DNA from: Minisyncoccota bacterium
GTDB lineage: Bacteria; Patescibacteriota; Minisyncoccia; Phycocordibacterales; UBA918
Assembly: GCA_041389025.1 (NCBI GenBank)
Contig: JAWKSP010000001.1
Location: forward strand, 192,002 to 256,001
Reading direction: 5' to 3'
Length of the DNA: 64,000 bases
In this document: positions 58,458-64,000 of the stretch, piece by piece
Layout of the letters: the number at the start of each line of letters is the position of its first letter
How positions within the stretch are numbered: the stretch's first letter is position 1
Program-made: the position numbers and the translations under genes
Notes under the pieces: model-generated
What the model was told of the DNA's origin: nothing
The model's database searches: none
The model's input: only the letters and a program-made list of their open reading frames with translations

Positions 58458-59369
58458 TTATCTAGCGATTTTGTAATAGTCAATTACTGCTTCAAAACCT
58501 TCTTTGTTTTTAAACCAATCCATTTCATCTCTGGTACTTAATTCTACTGTAATTGCTGGTATACCAATAGAAGCCAACCAGCCTTCAGCGTCACCACTAA
58601 TTGGGTAAGCATCAAAGCTGTCAACTGAAGGATAATTGGCAGCGGTTGCGTAAGTATCCATAAGAGTTAAAGTTTCAGGAAGTATTCCTTCTTCACACTC
58701 TGAGGCATAGACCGCGTTGGCTTGGCTATGCCAGAAAGCTACCGCTTTGGGTTTTATTTCTTCTACATAATTTTTAAGTGCTAAAGCTTCCGGTTCTGAA
58801 AAAGCTTGACTACCAGCATCGACTATCTGTCCGCGCCAAGTACTGGTAGGTTGCCATTTGCAAGCAAAATTTCGGTTTAGATCAACATCGTTAGCGTTGA
58901 AGCGGGCGGTGGCAAGTACGTTTATATCACTGGTTGAGACATCCAACTCAGTAAATTTTCCTTCTTTACCAACTATCTTGTATAGACCATCCGGATTTAG
59001 TGAAGGAATTATTTTTATGGTTAAAGTATCTGGTATAACTATTCGACTAGTCTCTAATTCATCAATAAACTGATAAGCTAAAAGTGAACTATTCCACTCA
59101 TAACCACCATGAATCCCTCCGACAAATACTAGAGTTGTTGGCCCGGTACCAAAAGTGTAGCTTTCTATGTTTCTACCTTCTACCGAAGTACCGATAATTT
59201 TTATATTTGATTCGGCTGGTTCGGCTGAAGTTATTATTTCTTCCACCTCTACTGTTTTTGGTGTAGGTTCTTCCTTTAGAGCAAAGTATGAAGCTGTTGC
59301 TGTAAGGATTACAGCAACAGCTATCAGTACTATTACTAAAGGAAGTAGTTTTTTTTCTTCCTCAGTCAT
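58458..59369 (-). CDS. Membrane-anchored M14 zinc carboxypeptidase (MpaA-like), apparently active
   Basis: GGIHGGYE, LNPDG, RFNANDVDLNRNF, SEPE, FWHS and ITVEL motifs. Confidence 0.9.
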   Translation of the reverse strand: MTEEEKKLLPLVIVLIAVAVILTATASYFALKEEPTPKTVEVEEIITSAEPAESNIKIIGTSVEGRNIESYTFGTGPTTLVFVGGIHGGYEWNSSLLAYQFIDELETSRIVIPDTLTIKIIPSLNPDGLYKIVGKEGKFTELDVSTSDINVLATARFNANDVDLNRNFACKWQPTSTWRGQIVDAGSQAFSEPEALALKNYVEEIKPKAVAFWHSQANAVYASECEEGILPETLTLMDTYATAANYPSVDSFDAYPISGDAEGWLASIGIPAITVELSTRDEMDWFKNKEGFEAVIDYYKIAR

Positions 59370-59377
59370 TTTATTTA

Positions 59378-60328
59378 TTAGTTATTAGCGTAATGTTTTA
59401 TAACTGCTTCTATACCAGCTTTATTTTTAGTCCATTCTGTTTGTTCATGAGTAGTAAGGAGGACGCTGATGGCTGGAATATTTTTACTAGCAAACCAGTT
59501 AACCATGTCACCGGTAATTTCGTAGTAATCAAATTCTTCAAAGGCTTGATAACCGGAAGCTTTGGCGTATAGGTTGGTTAAGGCTAAAGTGTCTGATGAG
59601 ATACCGTTTCGACAACTTGAGGCGTAAACACCACCAGCAGCACTGTACCAAGTAACAGCGGCTACTGGATTGTAATTATTTACATAATCTCTAATTGCTT
59701 TACTTTCCGGCTCTGAAAAAGCTGTTTTTCCACCACTTACTTCTCTGTCTTGCCAGGTACCGACCGGTTGCCATTCACAATCAAAATTTCGGTTCAAATC
59801 GACATTATTAGCGTTAAATCTGCCTTCGGTTCGGTTTTGACTGCTGACTTGTGATGCAGAGAATTTTCCAGTGGTACCGGTAACTTTTTCTAGTCCGTCT
59901 GGGTTAAGAACGGGGATGACTGTCACTGTTACATTTTCAGGTATGGCGTTAGGGTTGTCCTTAAGCCAATCAATCATTTCAAAAGCTACTAAAGCAGTAT
60001 TCCAAGAATAACCACCATGAATCCCTCCGACAAATAATATTTCGTTTTCACCTTGACCAAAGTGGTAGGCTTTTATGTCGTTACCTGCTACAGATTTTCC
60101 AATAATAGTTTCTGGACCACGATTTTGGTTATTATTTTCGGTTGGTTCTAATATATCAATCGGAGTTTCTTCAACCACGTTCACGTTATCTTCCGGTATA
60201 TTAGTGTTGGTTTCTTCTGGATCTTTTGTGTAGGTTTCATCACTACTTTTGTTAAAGAAATAAAACGCACTCCCTCCAGCTAATAATAAAACTATAATAA
60301 CTACAATTAAAACATTTTTCATATACAT
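59378..60328 (-). CDS. Membrane-anchored M14 carboxypeptidase paralog with a degenerate active site
   Basis: Same fold motifs but HGGYS, TWYS and ISVLL at the metal/catalytic positions. Confidence 0.88.
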   Translation of the reverse strand: MYMKNVLIVVIIVLLLAGGSAFYFFNKSSDETYTKDPEETNTNIPEDNVNVVEETPIDILEPTENNNQNRGPETIIGKSVAGNDIKAYHFGQGENEILFVGGIHGGYSWNTALVAFEMIDWLKDNPNAIPENVTVTVIPVLNPDGLEKVTGTTGKFSASQVSSQNRTEGRFNANNVDLNRNFDCEWQPVGTWQDREVSGGKTAFSEPESKAIRDYVNNYNPVAAVTWYSAAGGVYASSCRNGISSDTLALTNLYAKASGYQAFEEFDYYEITGDMVNWFASKNIPAISVLLTTHEQTEWTKNKAGIEAVIKHYANN

Positions 60329-60354
60329 ACATTGTATGATATATGAGCGTTGTT

Positions 60355-60412
60355 GGCTAGACAGAGTAAAAAAGCGACGGCTTTAGCCGTCGCTTTTTTA
60401 CTCTGTCTAGCC
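60355..60412. repeat. 28-bp perfect inverted repeat directly after the Clp ATPase stop
   Basis: ggctagacagagtaaaaaagcgacggct-tt-agccgtcgcttttttactctgtctagcc. Confidence 0.95.
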
Positions 60413-60413
60413 T

Positions 60414-62849
60414 TTAAACAACCCTTAATTCTTCCTCGCTAAAATCTCCTTTAGTAAGTGTAATAGTATCACCTTTATTAACCTCCCCACTAATCATTTT
60501 CTGGGCAATTTTTTCCTCAATTAAATCTTGGATAACTCTTTGCATTGGTCTAGCTCCAAACTGTGGACTATACCCCTTTTCTACCAATATATCCATCAAA
60601 TCTCGAGTTAGTTTTAATTCATAACCCCTATCTTTGATTCTTTCGTATAAGTTTTTAAGCATAAGTCCAGCCACTTGTCCTTGTTCTTCAACATTTAATG
60701 GTTCAAATATAATTGTGCTGTCAAAACGGTTTATTAATTCTGGTCTATATATTCCTTGTTTGATAATGTAATCAATAATCTCTTGGTTTAAAGAAGTCAT
60801 TTCTTTTCTCTGTTCAATTGTCTTTCTGATCAAGTCACTACCGGCGTTTGAAGTGGCGATAATAATAGTATTCCGAGCGTTAATTTTTTGCCCACGAGCG
60901 TCCGTAAAAACTCCTTCATCAAGTATTTGTAAAAAGACATCATGTACTGGCTTGGCAGCTTTTTCAAATTCATCAAGTAGCAAAACAGCATAAGGATGCT
61001 CTTTAAGCATATTTGACAATATTCCAGTTTGGTTTCCGTTACCAATTATTTTATCTAGTGCTTCTTCCCCACTAAATTCAGACATATCCAAACGATGCAT
61101 TTTATTTTCAGCTCCAAAAAAGATAAAAGCTAAAGCTTTGGCTGTTTCAGTCTTGCCAACGCCGGTTGGTCCTAAGAAAAGAAATGATCCGATTGGTTTA
61201 TCATCAGCTTGAATACCGGCTCTGGCTCTTCGCATAGTACCGGCGATAGCGTCTAGGGCTCGTTGCTGACCAATTACTCTTTCGTGTAATTTTTCTTCAA
61301 GGTTAAGTAGCAGATTTCGTTCTTTTTCTTCAATTGGTCCGGTTGGGATACCGGTTTTATCACTGACTATTTCATATACATAATCGGCATTTATTAATCC
61401 CACTTTGGCTTGATTAGCTCTGGTGGCTATATCAATCAGTAATTCTACAGCCTTGTCTGGCATAGTTCCTTCGACTATATACCGATCAGCCGCTTCAGTA
61501 ACAGCTTTAAGTGAAGCATAGGTAAAAATGGTTTGGTAACGACTTTCATTTTTTAAAGCTATTTCTTGAAGAACTCTGGTTGTGCTGGATAAATTTGGTT
61601 CATCAATTAGAACTTCAGCAAAACGTCTAGCAAAACCACCTAGAGACTCAAGGTGAGTATGATAGGCTCCTGGTGTATCAGTGGCTATTACGTGTAAAGC
61701 ACTAGTAGCTAAAAATGAATCAATAAGTTCTGGTATATAGACACCAAGTGCCTCAGCTTCTCTAACAAAAGTACTTAAATTTTCTATAACTATTATTATA
61801 TTACCAGCCTTTACCGCCTCATTAAAAAGTGAAAGAATAGTTAACTCCAAAGATTGCTTATCTTTAGTCGTGGCAAATATACTATTAGTATCAAGTAGTA
61901 TCATTTGTTGACCTTGAATTGAGGCTAAAGATTTTCCACTATGCATTCTTTTATTAACTTCCAATATAAGGTCTATCTTTCCTACCCCAGCTTCTCCTAT
62001 AACTAACACGTTGGCGGCCTTGGCTCTGGCTAAAGCTACTTCTATCTCAGCTATTTTTTCTTCAGTAAAAGCCGTATTGTTTTGTGATAAATTTGTGTAA
62101 ACAGCTCCGGTTTTTAAATCTCGAGAAAATTTTTGTAGATTATAAGCAACTCCATATGACCACTCACGGCCAATTCCTTCAGTTCGAGAAAGATTATCTT
62201 TACTCCACCATCGCTCCCTTCTTTTTTCATTTATATGTGAAGTAACCACCCACTCCAATGAGCCAATAAATATTTCATTTGTGACGCCTTGGTCCTTAAG
62301 CATTTTGCTAAAAGCGCTATCTTGTTGCAGTAGGTATTTACCAAGTGACACTAAAGTAAATATTTGCCCGTCCGGCAAAGGTATCATATTGCTGCTAATT
62401 TTAGTTCTGGGATTTTTAATGAAGTTGTCTATAGCATCGGTGTCAACACCAGCTCTTAGCATGATAACTGTTCCTAAACGTGATAAACAAAATGATTTAG
62501 TAACATCCTCCTCATCTCTCTGTAAGGTTTCTGCTACTTCAAAGGTGGCACCACTGATTTTTTCATCGGAAAAACCAATAATTGAATTTAAACCATAAAA
62601 ATAAAAACTATTGAAATAACTATATATAAGTATTTGTTCAAGCCATAACCCAGCAAATATAATACTTAGTCCAAAAAATAAACTGGCCGGTCCGGTAAAT
62701 ACAAATTGAAGTAATATGCCGGTAACGGCAGTAATAAAAGCCAAAAAGAAAAAAGTCAGTCGAAGAAAATGGAGTAAACTCCTTTTCAAGATTTTAGTCA
62801 ATCTAATTACAGGACGGTATCTTTTTATGTCTTCAGCTAAAGTGTACAT
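60414..62849 (-). CDS. Membrane-anchored ClpA/B/C-like AAA+ ATPase
   Basis: 2 N-terminal TMs; NBD1 GEAGVGKI/IENL; PDKA; NBD2 GPTGVGKT, LLLDEFEKA, RPELINRFD, GARP. Confidence 0.9.
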   Translation of the reverse strand: MYTLAEDIKRYRPVIRLTKILKRSLLHFLRLTFFFLAFITAVTGILLQFVFTGPASLFFGLSIIFAGLWLEQILIYSYFNSFYFYGLNSIIGFSDEKISGATFEVAETLQRDEEDVTKSFCLSRLGTVIMLRAGVDTDAIDNFIKNPRTKISSNMIPLPDGQIFTLVSLGKYLLQQDSAFSKMLKDQGVTNEIFIGSLEWVVTSHINEKRRERWWSKDNLSRTEGIGREWSYGVAYNLQKFSRDLKTGAVYTNLSQNNTAFTEEKIAEIEVALARAKAANVLVIGEAGVGKIDLILEVNKRMHSGKSLASIQGQQMILLDTNSIFATTKDKQSLELTILSLFNEAVKAGNIIIVIENLSTFVREAEALGVYIPELIDSFLATSALHVIATDTPGAYHTHLESLGGFARRFAEVLIDEPNLSSTTRVLQEIALKNESRYQTIFTYASLKAVTEAADRYIVEGTMPDKAVELLIDIATRANQAKVGLINADYVYEIVSDKTGIPTGPIEEKERNLLLNLEEKLHERVIGQQRALDAIAGTMRRARAGIQADDKPIGSFLFLGPTGVGKTETAKALAFIFFGAENKMHRLDMSEFSGEEALDKIIGNGNQTGILSNMLKEHPYAVLLLDEFEKAAKPVHDVFLQILDEGVFTDARGQKINARNTIIIATSNAGSDLIRKTIEQRKEMTSLNQEIIDYIIKQGIYRPELINRFDSTIIFEPLNVEEQGQVAGLMLKNLYERIKDRGYELKLTRDLMDILVEKGYSPQFGARPMQRVIQDLIEEKIAQKMISGEVNKGDTITLTKGDFSEEELRVV

Positions 62850-62863
62850 ATATTATATATAAA

Positions 62864-63253
62864 TTATGAAAATATCAGTACCAAACCATAAAATAAAGAG
62901 CCAACAATTATAATTGGTGCCAAAAACCAAAAGAGATAAATTAAAACAATTCCAACACACAAAAGTAACAATATGACACTACCGGTAAGAATAAAAGTTA
63001 ATCGCAAGACCATACCGATGATTCTAGAGATAAGACCGATTATTATAAAACCGGCCAAATCTTCTAGGTTAAAAGTCTCTCCTCTATCTTCAGTCATTCT
63101 TTTCCATGGTGAAAAAAATGATTTTAATAATTGAGGTAGTGAGAAAAAGTTAACTATAAACCAAAATATATTTGACCAAACATGTAGTATCTCGCTGAAG
63201 GCTTTAGTGTAATGCCATAAAATATAATGATGTAAAATTGAGGTAAAAAGCAT
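62864..63253 (-). CDS. Hypothetical membrane protein upstream of the Clp ATPase
   Basis: WHY...FFS...LLKSFFSPWKR followed by hydrophobic helices; 14-bp gap to the clp gene. Confidence 0.75.
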   Translation of the reverse strand: MLFTSILHHYILWHYTKAFSEILHVWSNIFWFIVNFFSLPQLLKSFFSPWKRMTEDRGETFNLEDLAGFIIIGLISRIIGMVLRLTFILTGSVILLLLCVGIVLIYLFWFLAPIIIVGSLFYGLVLIFS

Positions 63254-63306
63254 TACTTTTTAGTATACAACTATCAATGATAATTTTTAGCTTTTAATAA
63301 ACAAGT

Positions 63307-63348
63307 AAATAAAACACAGCCAAGGCAAGCCTTGGCTGTATTTTATTT
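63307..63348 (-). terminator. Terminator of the cold-shock gene
   Basis: aaataaaacacagccaaggc-aa-gccttggctgtattttattt (single G-U on the minus strand). Confidence 0.8.
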
Positions 63349-63365
63349 TTGCTACTATAATTTAC

Positions 63366-63581
63366 TTAAGCAGCAGCAACTTCAGTGCGTTGTACGTTAG
63401 TAGCTGCTGGACCTTTGGGTCCGTCTTCTACTTCAAAAGTAACCTTATCACCTTCATGTAGATCATCAAAAGATATGTCTACTAAAGATTGAGCGTGAAA
63501 GAAAACGTCCTTGCCACCCTCTTCATCTGGCTTAATAAAACCAAAACCTTTATCTTTTATTCGAACAATTGTTCCTGTCAT
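63366..63581 (-). CDS. Cold-shock protein
   Basis: KGFGFI (RNP1), VFFH (RNP2) and KGPAA motifs. Confidence 0.96.
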   Translation of the reverse strand: MTGTIVRIKDKGFGFIKPDEEGGKDVFFHAQSLVDISFDDLHEGDKVTFEVEDGPKGPAATNVQRTEVAAA

Positions 63582-63803
63582 ATTTTTTATTTTTTACTTC
63601 TTTTAACCTTAAACGTCCCTTCACCTTATCAACGCACTTTTGCCTTGCCTCAATCAGGAGCTGGTTTCGTTACCTGTATTAAAGCATAAAGCTGTACAAA
63701 CACAAGCACTTTAGTTGAAATAAAGAAGGTAACATAAGGTTTATAAAATTTTTGCTAAGAAAAGTTATTTTTTACAATATTAAAAAAATCTATTTGAGAT
63801 AAA

Positions 63804-63836
63804 AAGTAGGCGAAAACCGAAGGTTTTCGCCTACTT
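63804..63836. terminator. 15-bp perfect inverted repeat
   Basis: aagtaggcgaaaacc-gaa-ggttttcgcctactt. Confidence 0.75.
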
Positions 63837-63855
63837 ACATTATCATTAAAAAACT

Positions 63856-64000
63856 TTAAAGTTTAATATGATTGGCAAATTTACCAATAAATGGTAGACC
63901 CTCTTCTTTTTGTTGTAAGACGTTAAGTATACCGATAATTGCAAAAATAAATAAGCCGATTTGCAGAATTATCAATAAAGGTTTTACAATCATCAACAAA
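63856..64000 (-). CDS. 3' end of a membrane protein (DUF4870-like); starts beyond the window
   Basis: ...FAIIGILNVLQQKEEGLPFIGKFANHIKL*. Confidence 0.65.
   Translation of the reverse strand, partial: LLMIVKPLLIILQIGLFIFAIIGILNVLQQKEEGLPFIGKFANHIKL

Noticed and set aside
1592-62598. Many 60-175 aa ORFs antisense to or overlapping recognised genes (e.g. 7512-7961, 10686-11192, 16446-16973, 52699-53088)
   Set aside because: They are shadow frames of well-supported genes and carry no family motifs.
357-63836. Long hairpins as integron attC sites
   Set aside because: They lack RYYYAAC/GTTRRRY ends and extrahelical bases, and they follow core genes.
1-64000. CRISPR array, rRNA, IS transposase or prophage genes
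   Set aside because: No regularly spaced direct repeats or recognisable genes of these kinds were seen.

Overview
This 64-kb window is AT-rich and gene-dense, and looks like a Patescibacteria/CPR chromosome (Parcubacteria-like, genetic code 11; the taxonomy is inferred from gene content). It spans the replication origin (dnaN-[oriC]-dnaA<>rpmH-rnpA-yidC), with a visible switch from C/A-rich to G/T-rich on the + strand at about 25-28 kb. It carries housekeeping genes (ddl, Mn/Zn ABC transporter with a DtxR-family regulator, rpsT, ruvABC, murE, polA, holA, tsaE, tyrS, class A PBP, rsmA, pcrA, comM, pnp, rpsO, a Xer recombinase, a cold-shock protein) and tRNA-Lys. An ~11.8-kb relaxase-less type IV secretion-like cluster abuts yidC. 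The most interesting signals are: (1) an unannotated ~300-nt structured RNA candidate with its own promoter and terminator at ~17.1-17.4 kb; (2) many very long (15-33 bp arm) near-perfect palindromes at gene 3' ends, some mirroring coding or tRNA sequence; (3) an active + catalytically dead pair of membrane-anchored M14 peptidases next to a membrane-anchored Clp ATPase with a degenerate first AAA ring; (4) a voltage-gated channel lacking the GYG filter; (5) dnaA without a canonical in-frame start; (6) a split between leaderless core genes and Shine-Dalgarno-led accessory genes; (7) a DnaA-box-like array in front of the T4SS cluster; (8) a ~60% D/E protein after ruvC. All family assignments come from motif recognition by eye; no searches were run.
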